Below are positions 10,327 to 21,060 of a stretch of 62,957 bases of DNA, piece after piece. The notes beneath the pieces were generated by a model, which was not told the DNA's origin, ran no database searches, and saw only the letters and a program-made list of their open reading frames with translations. The DNA comes from Bacteroidales bacterium. Its GTDB lineage: Bacteria; Bacteroidota; Bacteroidia; Bacteroidales; UBA4417. Made by a program: the position numbers and the translations under genes. Each line of letters opens with the position of its first letter. Position 1 is the stretch's first letter. Where the stretch lies: the NCBI GenBank assembly GCA_038212135.1, contig JBBQUX010000004.1:1-62957 (forward strand), given 5' to 3'.

Positions 10327-11811
10327 ATGATAAAAAGTAAGGTTATTATAATTGGAGCGGGATTTTCGGGGCTTGCGGCAGCCTCTGTTCTGGCTCAGGA
10401 TGGTTTCGAGGTTACTGTAATTGAAAAAAACACTACTCCCGGTGGTCGTGCCCGGAAGTTTGCTGAGAACGGATTTACCTTCGATATGGGACCAAGCTGG
10501 TACTGGATGCCTGATGTTTTTGAGAAATTCTTTGCACTTTTTGGTAAAACTCCTGCTGATTTTTACGAGTTACAGCGACTCGATCCTTCGTACCGCTTTT
10601 ACTTCGGTAAGGATGAGATAGTTGACGTGCCTTCGACTTTTAGTGAAGTGATTGATATTTTCGAGAAAGAGGAAGCTGGTGCAGGAGCAGCACTCACAAA
10701 ATTCCTGGTAGAAGCGGAGTACAAATACAAAATTGCCATGAGCAAATTTGTTTACAAACCTGGTTTATCAATGTTCGAATTTGTTCAGCCCGAGATGCTT
10801 GCATCCGTTTTCCGCCTCGATATGTTCAGCTCTTTTGATAAACATCTGAAACATTACTTTAAAAGTCCGCGCCTCAGGCAGATGCTTGAATTCCCGATTT
10901 TGTTTCTGGGTGGAACTGCAAAAAATACACCTGCTCTGTATAGCCTTATGAACTATGGCGATATCAAACTGGGAACCTGGTATCCTGTTGGCGGAATGTA
11001 CAATGTGGTTGAAGGAATGGTTCAACTTGCCACTTCGCTTGGGGTAAAATTTGTTTATAACAGCCCGGTCGAAAAACTTGAGATAAATAGTGGTAAAATT
11101 TCATCTGTAATTGCTGCCGGAAAGAGTTTTGAAGCTACTTACGTTCTGGCATCGGCTGATTATCATTACGTTGAAGAACATTTGCTTCCTGATGAATATA
11201 AATCCTATTCGAAGAAATACTGGGATTCGAGGGTATTGTCGCCATCATCACTGATATTTTTCCTGGGCATCGATAAGAAACTTGAAGGAATTGAACATCA
11301 TACCCTGTTTTTCGACCAGGATCTTGGAAAACACTCGGAAGCTATATATGAAAACCCAGGCTGGCCTGAGAATCCTTCATTGTATTTCAGCTGCACATCC
11401 AAAACGGATTTAACCACTGCTCCCGAAGGAATGGAGAATTTATTTGTACTGATTCCTGTCGCACCCGGACTTGAAGATACAAAGGAGACACGTGAAAAGT
11501 ACTTCCAGATCATTCTTGACAGGTTCAAATATCTCACCGGACAGGATATCAGCGAAAATATTGTTTTCAAACGCAGTTATGCACATTCCGATTTCGAAAA
11601 TGATTACAATGCTTTTAAGGGCAACGCTTACGGACTGGCTAACACTTTGTTACAAACCGCATTTCTGAAACCGAAAATGAGGAGTAAAAAAGTTAGTAAT
11701 TTATTCTATACTGGTCAGCTTACAGCTCCGGGGCCAGGTGTGCCACCTGCACTTATTTCGGGCGAGATGGCGGCTAAACTTATTTTGAAAGAATCGGGAA
11801 AGAGTAATTAG
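10327..11811 (+). CDS. crtI: Phytoene desaturase
   Basis: GAGFSG Rossmann motif, FDMGPSWYWMPD (Bacteroidota CrtI), PGPGVPP C-terminal motif; next to crtB. Confidence 0.92.
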   Translation: MIKSKVIIIGAGFSGLAAASVLAQDGFEVTVIEKNTTPGGRARKFAENGFTFDMGPSWYWMPDVFEKFFALFGKTPADFYELQRLDPSYRFYFGKDEIVDVPSTFSEVIDIFEKEEAGAGAALTKFLVEAEYKYKIAMSKFVYKPGLSMFEFVQPEMLASVFRLDMFSSFDKHLKHYFKSPRLRQMLEFPILFLGGTAKNTPALYSLMNYGDIKLGTWYPVGGMYNVVEGMVQLATSLGVKFVYNSPVEKLEINSGKISSVIAAGKSFEATYVLASADYHYVEEHLLPDEYKSYSKKYWDSRVLSPSSLIFFLGIDKKLEGIEHHTLFFDQDLGKHSEAIYENPGWPENPSLYFSCTSKTDLTTAPEGMENLFVLIPVAPGLEDTKETREKYFQIILDRFKYLTGQDISENIVFKRSYAHSDFENDYNAFKGNAYGLANTLLQTAFLKPKMRSKKVSNLFYTGQLTAPGPGVPPALISGEMAAKLILKESGKSN

Positions 11812-11850
11812 TAGAATTGATTTTAACCGTTAAGCTACTGTTAAACAGTT

Positions 11851-12687
11851 ATGAAGGAACTTTTTGATATGATATCGCGTAAGTCGAGCAAAATGACAAC
11901 GGTGATGTACAGTACATCGTTTTCGCTCGGAATACGTTTTTTTAGCAAGCGTTTTCATGATCCGATCTACGGAATATATGGATTCGTGCGTTTTGCCGAT
12001 GAGATTGTGGATTCGTTCCATGGATTCGATAAAAAGAAATTGCTTCAACGCTTTAAAGAAGATACTTACACTGCAATAGAAGAAAAAATAAGCCTGAACC
12101 CAATACTGAATAATTTCCAATACGTTGTAAATAAATACCTGATTGAAAAGGAACTGATTGATCTTTTTCTACAGAGTATGGAAATGGATCTGGAAAAAGT
12201 AGAATATGATCAGAAAAAATATGAGCAATATATTCTTGGATCGGCTGAAGTGGTTGGTTTGATGTGCCTGCGGGTTTTTTGCGAGGGCAGTGCCCGGAAA
12301 TACAATGAACTGAAACCTTCAGCTATGCGGCTGGGTTCTGCTTTTCAGAAAATAAATTTTTTACGCGACCTGAAAGCCGATTATAAAAGTCTTGGACGCA
12401 GTTATTTTCCCGGAATTGATATGAATAACTGGAATGACAAAACGAAGTCCGAGATTGAAGAAGACATAGAAAAAGATTTTGCCGATGGACTTTCCGGGAT
12501 ACGTAAATTGCCTGATGGCGCAAGGTTCGGAGTTTATGTTGCATATGTCTATTTTCATGAATTGCTGCTGAAAATACGACGTGTAAAAGCCGAAAAGTTG
12601 ATGCATGAACGCATCAGGGTAACCAATAACCGCAAATATGTGTTGCTGCTGAATGCTTATTTCCGAAATTTAACCAACAGGATATAA
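11851..12687 (+). CDS. crtB: Phytoene synthase
   Basis: YSTSFS, FVRFADEIVD, YILGSAEVVGLM, AFQKINFLRDLKAD. Confidence 0.95.
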   Translation: MKELFDMISRKSSKMTTVMYSTSFSLGIRFFSKRFHDPIYGIYGFVRFADEIVDSFHGFDKKKLLQRFKEDTYTAIEEKISLNPILNNFQYVVNKYLIEKELIDLFLQSMEMDLEKVEYDQKKYEQYILGSAEVVGLMCLRVFCEGSARKYNELKPSAMRLGSAFQKINFLRDLKADYKSLGRSYFPGIDMNNWNDKTKSEIEEDIEKDFADGLSGIRKLPDGARFGVYVAYVYFHELLLKIRRVKAEKLMHERIRVTNNRKYVLLLNAYFRNLTNRI

Positions 12688-12689
12688 GT

Positions 12690-13244
12690 ATGTTTAAGTT
12701 TATTTTTGCAGTGTTTTTTATGATTAGCCTGATTGCACCGGAAGTTGTGGCACAACAGGGAACGATTGAAATAGTGCGTGATCAGTATTTTATGCTCAGC
12801 AAAACTGAAGATGCTGCGCTGAAGCTGTATAAATCACTCGAAAAGGACGATCTGAATTCAAATCCGGTTCTTCTCGCCTACAGGGGGGCTTCCTCTGCAG
12901 CAGCTGCGGGATATGTGAGCGGTGTTCGCAAAAAACTTGAATTTTTTAACCGTGGTAAGGACGAACTTGAAAAAGCTGTTGGATTAAAACCACTGGATGC
13001 GGAAATCCGGTTTTTAAGACTTGCAACACAGCTTAATGCCCCCGGATTTTTAGGTTATACATCGGAGATCAGAAATGATAAAGCAATAATTATTAAAACG
13101 CTTCAAAGTGTGCCAGCCAATCATGCAAATGCATACCTTTATCAACGAATTTGCGGTTTTATGCTTTCTTATGCTGATCTTGAACCACTCGAAAAAGCAA
13201 CTGTAAACCAGCTTGTTACAAAGTTCAAACTTAAAGCAAAATAA
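12690..13244 (+). CDS. Exported hypothetical protein within the carotenoid cluster (TPR-like helical)
   Basis: Signal peptide; EIRFLRL...NAPGFLGY segment; tightly coupled between crtB and idi. Confidence 0.7.
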   Translation: MFKFIFAVFFMISLIAPEVVAQQGTIEIVRDQYFMLSKTEDAALKLYKSLEKDDLNSNPVLLAYRGASSAAAAGYVSGVRKKLEFFNRGKDELEKAVGLKPLDAEIRFLRLATQLNAPGFLGYTSEIRNDKAIIIKTLQSVPANHANAYLYQRICGFMLSYADLEPLEKATVNQLVTKFKLKAK

Positions 13245-13765
13245 TGGAAAATGTAATTCTTGTCGATACCGGCGATACTCCTGTCGGACAAATGGAAAAG
13301 CTCAAAGCTCATCTCAAAGGAGAATTGCACAGGGCTCTTTCAGTGCTTATTTTTAATAGTAAAGGTGAAATTCTTTTGCAGCAGCGTGCTTTTAGTAAGT
13401 ATCATACTCCCGGATTGTGGAGTAACAGTTGTTGCAGTCATCCGAGGCCCGGTGAGGACAGTCTTGAAGCAGCCTCACGTCGCCTTGGTGAAGAAATGGG
13501 GTTTATAGTTCCACTTAAAAAATCATTCGATTTTATTTACAAAGCGCATTTTGATAATGGCCTTATTGAACACGAATTTGATCATGTTTTTTTTGGCACT
13601 TTCGATGGTGAACCTGAAATAAATCCTGAGGAAGCCAATGATTTTAAATGGGTTAATCCTTCTGATTTGATGGAAGATATGCGATCCATACCCGAACAGT
13701 ATACCGTTTGGTTCAGGATAATAATGGAAAAAACTGAGGATCGGTTTCCTGAACTGTTTGTTTGA
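13244..13765 (+). CDS. idi: Isopentenyl-diphosphate delta-isomerase, type 1
   Basis: AHxxGxLHRA, KYHTPGLWSNSCCSHP, EHEFDHVF. Confidence 0.95.
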   Translation: MENVILVDTGDTPVGQMEKLKAHLKGELHRALSVLIFNSKGEILLQQRAFSKYHTPGLWSNSCCSHPRPGEDSLEAASRRLGEEMGFIVPLKKSFDFIYKAHFDNGLIEHEFDHVFFGTFDGEPEINPEEANDFKWVNPSDLMEDMRSIPEQYTVWFRIIMEKTEDRFPELFV

Positions 13766-13807
13766 AAAATTGTTTTACTAACCAGATAACAAATTACCTT
13801 TAATACA

Positions 13808-14278
13808 ATGGATACACTTTTTAGCCTTTTACTGATTGTACTGGCCTTTTTCTTCATGGAATTCATGGCCTGGTTTACACATAAATATGTAATGCACGGT
13901 TTTATGTGGTTTTTCCACCGCGATCATCATATACGCGATGGCCGAAAGATTGAGTGGAATGATGTGTTTGCTGTAATATTTGCTGTTCCCAGCATTTTGT
14001 TAATTTACCTGGGAGTAATGACACCAAACAGCTACCTTTTAAGTATTGGCATTGGAATAATGCTTTATGGTGCGGCCTACTTTATGTTTCATGATGTGTA
14101 TGTTCATCAGCGGATACCAATTCTGAAAAACTTCTCAAACCGTTATCTGCGGGCCACTGTGAAAGCGCACCTTCAGCATCATAATCCGCACGCTCAATAT
14201 AATTACGGTTTTCTTATCGCTCCGTTGAAATATTACAAGGAAGAATACAGTAAAACTAAAAATAAGAGTAGCAAATAG
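13808..14278 (+). CDS. crtZ: Beta-carotene hydroxylase
   Basis: His boxes HKYVMHG, HRDHH, HDVYVHQR, HLQHH. Confidence 0.9.
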   Translation: MDTLFSLLLIVLAFFFMEFMAWFTHKYVMHGFMWFFHRDHHIRDGRKIEWNDVFAVIFAVPSILLIYLGVMTPNSYLLSIGIGIMLYGAAYFMFHDVYVHQRIPILKNFSNRYLRATVKAHLQHHNPHAQYNYGFLIAPLKYYKEEYSKTKNKSSK

Positions 14279-14342
14279 TCAGCCTATTTCTTTGTCTTTT
14301 ATGGTTCTACCACGAATTTAATTGAAATGGTTTTTAAAAGGT

Positions 14343-14502
14343 AGAAGACCGAAGTCTGAAAGACCGAAGCAGATACCAAATGGATATTAAACTATAACAA
14401 TGGAACATAGGATCAGGAATAATAATTGAAATTAAGTTACTACCTGAAATGGATTTTTGTTTTTTCAGGAATACGTCTGTCTTATAGCTTCTGACTTCCG
14501 GC
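14343..14502. repeat. Heptamer-periodic inverted-repeat remnant between crtZ and the cyclase gene
   Basis: Left GAAGACCGAAGTCTGAAAGACCGAAG; right GCTTCTGACTTCCG. Confidence 0.45.
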
Positions 14503-14548
14503 AATTTGAATTGTACCCACTAAATTAACAGCTGATCCTCTTTTATAA

Positions 14549-15244
14549 ATGGAAAATTGGTTATATGTTTTTATTAATCTGGGGGCAATAAGCATTCCTT
14601 TTATTGCCGGCTTCGACAAACGCCTGAAATTTCAGAATCAGTGGCGATTCCTTTTTCCTGCCATGTTGCTGACAATGCTTGTGTTTATCCCATGGGATAT
14701 GCTTAAAACTGATCTGGCAGTCTGGGGGTTTAATCCAAAGTATTTATTGGGATATTATATTGGAAATCTGCCTGTTGAAGAGTGGATGTTCTTCATTGCA
14801 ATTCCGTATGCCTGCCTTTTTACTTACCATTCGCTGAATTACCTGGGAAAGAAAGATTACTTTGGTAAATATGCTGACCGGATTACACTTGTGCTTGCTG
14901 TTTTTTTGCTAATTGTTGGACTTATAAATACGGATCGCCTTTATACATCTGTAACTTTCGTTTCGACAGGAGGGTTCCTTCTTTTTCATCGTTTTGTGAT
15001 TCGGGCAGCTTATATGGGGCGATTTTACCTGATGTACCTGGTTACACTAATCCCGTTTTTTATTGTGAATGGCCTGCTTACAGGGTCATTTATCCCCGAA
15101 GAAGTTGTTTTTTACGACAATACCCAAAACCTTGGCATACGCCTGGGAACCATTCCCGTTGAAGATATGGTTTACGGACTGCTGATGCTATTGATGAATG
15201 TATCCTGGTACGAATATCTGAAAAGCAGGTTTAAACCTGTTTAA
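14549..15244 (+). CDS. crtY: Lycopene cyclase, CrtYcd/membrane type (two tandem lycopene-cyclase domains)
   Basis: WD...VWGFN...LPVEEWMFF and NGLLTG...TIPVED repeats; hydrophobic; in the crt cluster. Confidence 0.85.
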   Translation: MENWLYVFINLGAISIPFIAGFDKRLKFQNQWRFLFPAMLLTMLVFIPWDMLKTDLAVWGFNPKYLLGYYIGNLPVEEWMFFIAIPYACLFTYHSLNYLGKKDYFGKYADRITLVLAVFLLIVGLINTDRLYTSVTFVSTGGFLLFHRFVIRAAYMGRFYLMYLVTLIPFFIVNGLLTGSFIPEEVVFYDNTQNLGIRLGTIPVEDMVYGLLMLLMNVSWYEYLKSRFKPV

Positions 15245-15273
15245 GTCTAAATTCCGGTTAAGCCGGAATATCA

Positions 15274-16533
15274 TTAAACCGTATTGCTTTGCCGCAAATC
15301 CTCACCCGAAGGACTTTGGAAGACCCGTAATTCAAATTGAGGTATAATGGCTAGAATATGGTCAAAAATATCGGACTGAACTTTTTCGTAGCGGATAAAT
15401 GCGGTTTCGAGTGTGAAGGCATATATCTCTATCGGAATGCCGGATGAATTTGGTTGTAACTGGCGTACCAGTAAGTCGCTGGTGTTGTCAACCAACGGGT
15501 GATGAGCCAGATATTCTTCGAGATATGCTCTGAAAACACCTATATTGGTTTGACGGCGGCCATTAATAAAAACCGAATTATCGACCTTGTTTTCCTTGTT
15601 GTAGTTCTCAAGTTCGGCTTCGGTGCGGTCGATGTATTCCTGAAGAATGTTTATTTTTCTGAATCTATCCAACATTTCCTGGGTACAGAATTTTACGCTC
15701 GACATATCAATACTGATCGAACGTTTCATGCGCCTCACTCCTGATTCCTTCATACCGCGATAATTCTGAAACGACTCTGATACAAGCGAATACGTTGGCA
15801 AGGTCGAAATGGTATTATCGAAATTCTGAACTTTTACAGTTGTAAGCGAAATCTCCAGTACCGTACCGTCAGCACCGAATTTTGGCATGCTGATCCAGTC
15901 GCCCTGGCGCACCATATCATTGGCCGAAAGTTGTATTCCGCCTACAAAACCAAGAATAGGATCTTTAAATATCAATAAAAGTACAGCCGAAAAAGCACCT
16001 AGGCCTGTTAACATATAAAGTGGCGACTGGTTGAACAGAAGAGAAATAATCAGGAGAAAAACGATAATACCAACAATTATTTTTCCAATCTGGATATATC
16101 CTTTAATAGGGTGATACAATGCAAATTCACTCTTCTGAAACATGGTGTAAACTGAATTCAGAAAGGAGTTTATGATCAACAGAAAGATCACGATAATGTA
16201 AAGGTTGGTCAGCTTGAGTGCTACAGGGATAAATCCGGCAAATTCGTCGAGGGTTACGGGTATTGACTGGTAAACCATAATGCCTGGCACCAGGAAAGCC
16301 ATTCGCTGAAATACTTTGTGTTCGAGAAGCGCATCGTCCCAGGTGCTGACCGTTCGCAGGGCAATCCGTTTAATAACGCGGACTATAATGAGTTTTGAAA
16401 TATAATATATTATTACTCCGAGGAGCAGCACAATTATAAAGTCGGAAATGCCCGCTATTTTTAATGAAGCTTCAGGAGTAAAGCCAATTTTGTTCAGCCA
16501 CATTTCTATTGATCTGATCAGTGATTCTATCAT
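15274..16533 (-). CDS. Mechanosensitive ion channel, MscS family (YbdG/MscM-like)
   Basis: LLLIFKDPILGFVGGIQLSANDMVRxGDWI, TTVKVQNFD, TNIGVFRAY, VFQSPSG. Confidence 0.92.
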   Translation of the reverse strand: MIESLIRSIEMWLNKIGFTPEASLKIAGISDFIIVLLLGVIIYYISKLIIVRVIKRIALRTVSTWDDALLEHKVFQRMAFLVPGIMVYQSIPVTLDEFAGFIPVALKLTNLYIIVIFLLIINSFLNSVYTMFQKSEFALYHPIKGYIQIGKIIVGIIVFLLIISLLFNQSPLYMLTGLGAFSAVLLLIFKDPILGFVGGIQLSANDMVRQGDWISMPKFGADGTVLEISLTTVKVQNFDNTISTLPTYSLVSESFQNYRGMKESGVRRMKRSISIDMSSVKFCTQEMLDRFRKINILQEYIDRTEAELENYNKENKVDNSVFINGRRQTNIGVFRAYLEEYLAHHPLVDNTSDLLVRQLQPNSSGIPIEIYAFTLETAFIRYEKVQSDIFDHILAIIPQFELRVFQSPSGEDLRQSNTV

Positions 16534-16583
16534 TGACTTGTGTTTTTACAATTAATTTTAAAGTTTTTCAGGGTAATCAATTC

Positions 16584-16925
16584 TCAGCCACCGGCCAGTT
16601 TAGCTTTATATCCAGCCTTGGTGAGTAGTTCAAGAACTTTTGTCCTGAAATCGCCCTGTACAAGAATTTCATTTTCTTTGGCCGAGCCACCTACACCACA
16701 TTTACTTTTAAGCATGCGGCCAAGGTACTCAAGATCACTTTGTGCGCCGATAAATCCGGTGATAAGTGTTACCTGTTTTCCTCCCCGTTGCTTCCGGTCG
16801 AGCATCACGCGCAGGTTTTGCTGCTGCGGAGGCAAGGTCGCAGGCTCGGAACTGTTTTGAAACTGGTAACTATAATCCGGGTTTGTTGAGTAAACAATTC
16901 CGGTGGGTTTATCTTTTTTCGACAT
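16584..16925 (-). CDS. yciH: SUI1-family translation initiation factor
   Basis: [32 protein letters not shown]. Confidence 0.93.
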   Translation of the reverse strand: MSKKDKPTGIVYSTNPDYSYQFQNSSEPATLPPQQQNLRVMLDRKQRGGKQVTLITGFIGAQSDLEYLGRMLKSKCGVGGSAKENEILVQGDFRTKVLELLTKAGYKAKLAGG

Positions 16926-17054
16926 GTTTTTTGTAAGGGTTTAGGATTTGGGGGTTTGGGATTAGGGCGCGCTTTGGATGAATTACAGAGGATTTTTTTT
17001 AGTTGGATTTACACCTGTTCGTAAACAACTTGCGATTCTGCCTGAAAATTTTCA

Positions 17055-17945
17055 TCATGGTACTATGACACGTAAAGATAAAGGTTTGATGCTTATCGAA
17101 ATCGGGGATTTTACAGTTACAGGTTCTCCGTCAATATTCATTAAAGGATCGTGAACATTGTTAATAGTGATTTCTTTCCCTTTGAAATATTCAATATAAC
17201 CTGTTTTTTCAAGTGTTCCCCGCATAGTATGATAACCAACACTAAGGAGTTGGGCTGCAGGCATTTTCCGTATGACGCAAATATCGAGAAACCCATCGTC
17301 AACCTTAGCCTGCGGCGCAATACGTGTGTTAAATCCGAACTGGTCGCTGTTTGCAACTGTAACCATCAGCGCATGTTTTTCGATTTCCGTACCATCAATA
17401 GTAATTGAATAGGTCAGTGGTTTGTAAGCACTGAATTCTTTCAGTATGATCTGCATATACGAAATCATGCCCCTGATGCTTGATTCAGCAAATTTTTGAG
17501 CGACAAAGGCATCGAAACCAATCCCGGCAATGCTGGTGAAAAGCTTTTCGTTAACCGTTGCCACATCCATCAGTTTTGTATTGCCACGGATTATTGTACG
17601 CAAAGCCAGCGCATAATTCATCGAAATTCCCAGGCACCGTGCCAGTCCATTGCCTGATCCTGCCGGGAGAATTCCCATCGGAATATCTGTATCAACAAGT
17701 GCACAGGCAACTTCGTTAACAGTTCCGTCGCCACCTGAAGCAACTATTATATCAATTCCTTTTTCAAGAGCAGTTTTTGCAATTTCGGTTGCATGACCTG
17801 CCCTTTCGGTAAAAATAACTTCAGGCACAAACCGTGACGAGGGAATAATGTTACCTGCCAGCAATTCAATTACTACTTTGCTCTTAGGAGTGATTCCTGC
17901 TTTCGGATTGACGATAAAAACCAGCTTCTTCTTAACTTCTGTCAT
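17055..17945 (-). CDS. Diacylglycerol/lipid kinase (YegS/BmrU family)
   Basis: NPKAG, GGDGTVNEV, PAGSGNGLAR, GIGFDA, NIDGE. Confidence 0.92.
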   Translation of the reverse strand: MTEVKKKLVFIVNPKAGITPKSKVVIELLAGNIIPSSRFVPEVIFTERAGHATEIAKTALEKGIDIIVASGGDGTVNEVACALVDTDIPMGILPAGSGNGLARCLGISMNYALALRTIIRGNTKLMDVATVNEKLFTSIAGIGFDAFVAQKFAESSIRGMISYMQIILKEFSAYKPLTYSITIDGTEIEKHALMVTVANSDQFGFNTRIAPQAKVDDGFLDICVIRKMPAAQLLSVGYHTMRGTLEKTGYIEYFKGKEITINNVHDPLMNIDGEPVTVKSPISISIKPLSLRVIVP

Positions 17946-17950
17946 AAATT

Positions 17951-19903
17951 TTATTTTACCGAAAGCTTATTTTCAATCATACGGTTGTTATATTGCTGAA
18001 TTACAGACTTTAGTAGTTTGTCCATTTCAGTTGCAATATCTTTCTGAGTTTCAGCCAGATTCCTGGTAAGCAGGCTGTCTTTTTCAAAATTGTATAATGC
18101 TGACGATACGTTAAGATCGGTTTGCCAGGCATATCCGTTTTGAATCAGCTGATAATTTCCATTCAGGTAATTGATGCTGAACCGGGGTTCTTCGGTTCGT
18201 AAAACAGAACTTCCAAAAGCAATAAACGGCTTTGGATAATGTAACATATCAAGAACAGTAGGCATTATGTCGGTTTGCTGGGCAATCCTGTTCTGATGCC
18301 CGGCAGTATCACCATCCGGGAGATAAAAAATAACAGGCACCGCATATTGCCCAACCCTGTTTTTATAAAAAGGCTGGTAAGCCTCGGATGTATGATCGGC
18401 TGTAATTACAAAAATCGTATTCTTGAACCAGGGCATGGTGGATGCGGTTGCAAAGAATTTCTGCAATGCAAAATCAGCATACATAATGGTTTCCTGTATT
18501 TCGAGCGGTCCTTTCCGGAATTTATTTTTGTACTTTTCGGGAACTTTGTAAGGATGATGCGATGAAAGCGTAAAAACCGTTCCGAGGAAAGGCTCAGATG
18601 TATTGTTTAATGTTTTTGCAATGTATTGCAGGTATGGTTCATCCGATATTCCCCAGCTTCCGTCGAAATCAGCTTGGTTCGGATATTCATTTTTTCCATA
18701 ATAGAATTCGAATCCTGCCGATTTGCTGAATGCATTAAAACCCATCGTTCCGTTCTTTCCACCATGGAAAAAAGATGTATTGTATCCTTCTGCTCTTAGA
18801 ACACTTGCCAGGCTGTTGAATGTATTGGACGTATCGTGTGATGTGATAAAATCTTCTGTCATCCAGGTTGGCATCGAAGCCAGGATAGCGGGAATGCCTT
18901 CGATGCTGCGTTTGCCGTTGGCAAATCCTTCGAAAACAAGACTTTTAGTAGCCAGGCTGTCGAGGAAAGGAGTGAAATCAGTGTTTTTATTTCCTAACTG
19001 GTGTGTGAGTGCCCCAATATGTTCAGCCGAAAAGCTTTCAAGAATAATTACGAATACATTTTTTTTCTGCATCGGGATAACATTTCCAAGGCTGTCAGAA
19101 GTAGCATAGTTTTTCTGCACATTAAAAATGTCGGTCATTTCAGTTTCGTCCGTGTAAAAGCTAAGCTTTTGAATTCCACGCTGGTCGGATGAACGCATCA
19201 GCGTGAAGGCTGAGTTCAAAACAATCGCCGTTTCTTCGGAACGTGCATATTGCGCTGCGCTTAATATTCCGATAGGCTTCAGCTGTATTCCGCCACGAAC
19301 TCCAATTAAGGTTAATGCCAGGAAAAATATCATTGAAAAAGTCTGGACAAGGTAATACTGCGGTTGCTTTTGCATGACGTACCTGTTTGTAATTTTTATT
19401 CGTCGTGCAATAAAAATAAGCAGCAAAATCGCTGTAACCCAGAGTGCAAATATATACCAGAAGTCGCGAATAAACTGGGGCATCATACTGGCAGTATCGT
19501 CACCGGTGCTTATGTATTTAAAAATATCTATCGTCATTCGTTTCAGCGAGAAAGGGAAATAAGCTGAATCGGCGAAATTCGGAATCGTTAAAATAATATT
19601 CGAAATATAGAAAATTGTATCTGATACGATGCTGAATGCTCTTTTCCGCCTGAACCTGAAAGGTAAAACAAGCAATAAAATATAAAGGATATTTGCGTAC
19701 AGCACTGCAACGATGTCGAAACGCAGCCCGACAAAAGTATAGTAAAGCAGTTTAGATGTTGTAATGCCTGGGAACAGTGATGGATGTAAAAAGTAAAGTG
19801 ATAGCCTCGAAAATACCATTATTACCAGAACAAGCAGCAGGCGGAGCAGCAAAACTGACTGCGGGCTACCTGAAAAACGTAATTTCCGTAAAGATGTAAG
19901 CAT
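17951..19903 (-). CDS. LTA synthase family / sulfatase-like membrane protein
   Basis: N-terminal TM bundle, RGG motif, IILESF, TLSSHHPY, ITADH. Confidence 0.88.
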   Translation of the reverse strand: MLTSLRKLRFSGSPQSVLLLRLLLVLVIMVFSRLSLYFLHPSLFPGITTSKLLYYTFVGLRFDIVAVLYANILYILLLVLPFRFRRKRAFSIVSDTIFYISNIILTIPNFADSAYFPFSLKRMTIDIFKYISTGDDTASMMPQFIRDFWYIFALWVTAILLLIFIARRIKITNRYVMQKQPQYYLVQTFSMIFFLALTLIGVRGGIQLKPIGILSAAQYARSEETAIVLNSAFTLMRSSDQRGIQKLSFYTDETEMTDIFNVQKNYATSDSLGNVIPMQKKNVFVIILESFSAEHIGALTHQLGNKNTDFTPFLDSLATKSLVFEGFANGKRSIEGIPAILASMPTWMTEDFITSHDTSNTFNSLASVLRAEGYNTSFFHGGKNGTMGFNAFSKSAGFEFYYGKNEYPNQADFDGSWGISDEPYLQYIAKTLNNTSEPFLGTVFTLSSHHPYKVPEKYKNKFRKGPLEIQETIMYADFALQKFFATASTMPWFKNTIFVITADHTSEAYQPFYKNRVGQYAVPVIFYLPDGDTAGHQNRIAQQTDIMPTVLDMLHYPKPFIAFGSSVLRTEEPRFSINYLNGNYQLIQNGYAWQTDLNVSSALYNFEKDSLLTRNLAETQKDIATEMDKLLKSVIQQYNNRMIENKLSVK

Positions 19904-19999
19904 ATATTAAGTTGGAAGACTAAGAGCTTTAATGATAAGAACAGTGAATCTCTGTCAAAAAAAAAGGTAGACGGATTAACTGTTAGAGCCCGCAAAAAT

Positions 20000-20033
20000 A
20001 AAAAAATAAGAGATGCCGTGTGGCATCTCTTAT
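20000..20033 (-). terminator. Intrinsic terminator after the lipoprotein gene
   Basis: ATAAGAGATGCC/GGCATCTCTTAT perfect stem plus T-run. Confidence 0.8.
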
Positions 20034-20059
20034 CTGATGGTAGAGTTGAGTTCGGATTA

Positions 20060-20968
20060 TTATTGCTGAACTTTCACAGAATAAGTTATACTGCCTGATG
20101 TTGTTCCTGTAATTGCTTCAATTTTAATTAGTCCCATTTTACCTGTGACTGTTTTGAAAGCAACAATATTACCAACTGCAAGCATGTTTGCTTTTGTAGC
20201 TGACAAGCCAGTTGCTAAAGTAATTATTTCAGTATCTGTTGTAATATTATCCCAGGTAACACCGGTAGGTAAGGTAACAATACCTAATTTAGTGTCGTTC
20301 CGTACGCTCCAGCTAGCCGGACCGTTGACCCCTGAAAAAACTGAACTTGCAGTTGCATCTATTGGTGCTACAAGTGTAGCAAGATTGGTTGCTCCGCCAT
20401 AATAATACATCCAGTCAATTTTTGCTGCATTAGCTTTGGCTTCGGTAAGGGTATAAACAATTCCATCAGATGAAGCAAACGAACTGCCGTATAATAAATT
20501 GTCATATGAACCAAGAATTTTCTGGTTGTAGGAAACTATTGGTCCGCCGATGACAGCTGTAGTAGTAATATTGAATGATACTTCTGATGATTGGCCATCT
20601 TTATCAGTTATTGTAAATGTCCAGCGCTCTGAACCTGCCTCCGGATAAGCCAATGCTTCAATATTGATGTTAAATACATCGGTTGAACTTAATGTAGAAT
20701 CAAGAGCTGTAAAAGGTACATTGTCAAATGTCCTTACCACTTTAAATTTGGTCAGCTTTGCCTTGCTGCTGGTATTCGAAAAAGCATTGATACCAACTTT
20801 AAAATTTTCACCAGCTTGAAGAGTAACATCAGCAGCGGTAAATCCAGCTCCACCTACGAAATTGATGGTAGGTTTTACGTCGGTAGTTTCTTCATCTGTT
20901 CCGCATGAAGTTAAAAAAGGAACCGAAGCCATTAAAAGAATTGCAAATAGAAGACTTAATCTTTTCAT
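20060..20968 (-). CDS. Hypothetical surface lipoprotein
   Basis: Lipobox LTSC after a hydrophobic leader; acidic residues after Cys; beta-rich, Thr/Ser-rich two-domain body. Confidence 0.8.
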   Translation of the reverse strand: MKRLSLLFAILLMASVPFLTSCGTDEETTDVKPTINFVGGAGFTAADVTLQAGENFKVGINAFSNTSSKAKLTKFKVVRTFDNVPFTALDSTLSSTDVFNINIEALAYPEAGSERWTFTITDKDGQSSEVSFNITTTAVIGGPIVSYNQKILGSYDNLLYGSSFASSDGIVYTLTEAKANAAKIDWMYYYGGATNLATLVAPIDATASSVFSGVNGPASWSVRNDTKLGIVTLPTGVTWDNITTDTEIITLATGLSATKANMLAVGNIVAFKTVTGKMGLIKIEAITGTTSGSITYSVKVQQ

Positions 20969-21060
20969 TTTAATTTGTTTTTGGTTTGTAATGATTTAAT
21001 TGATGATTAGAGTGAAAATTGAGAAATTTCCAAAGTGATTTGTATAAAATGTCAGTTGTT

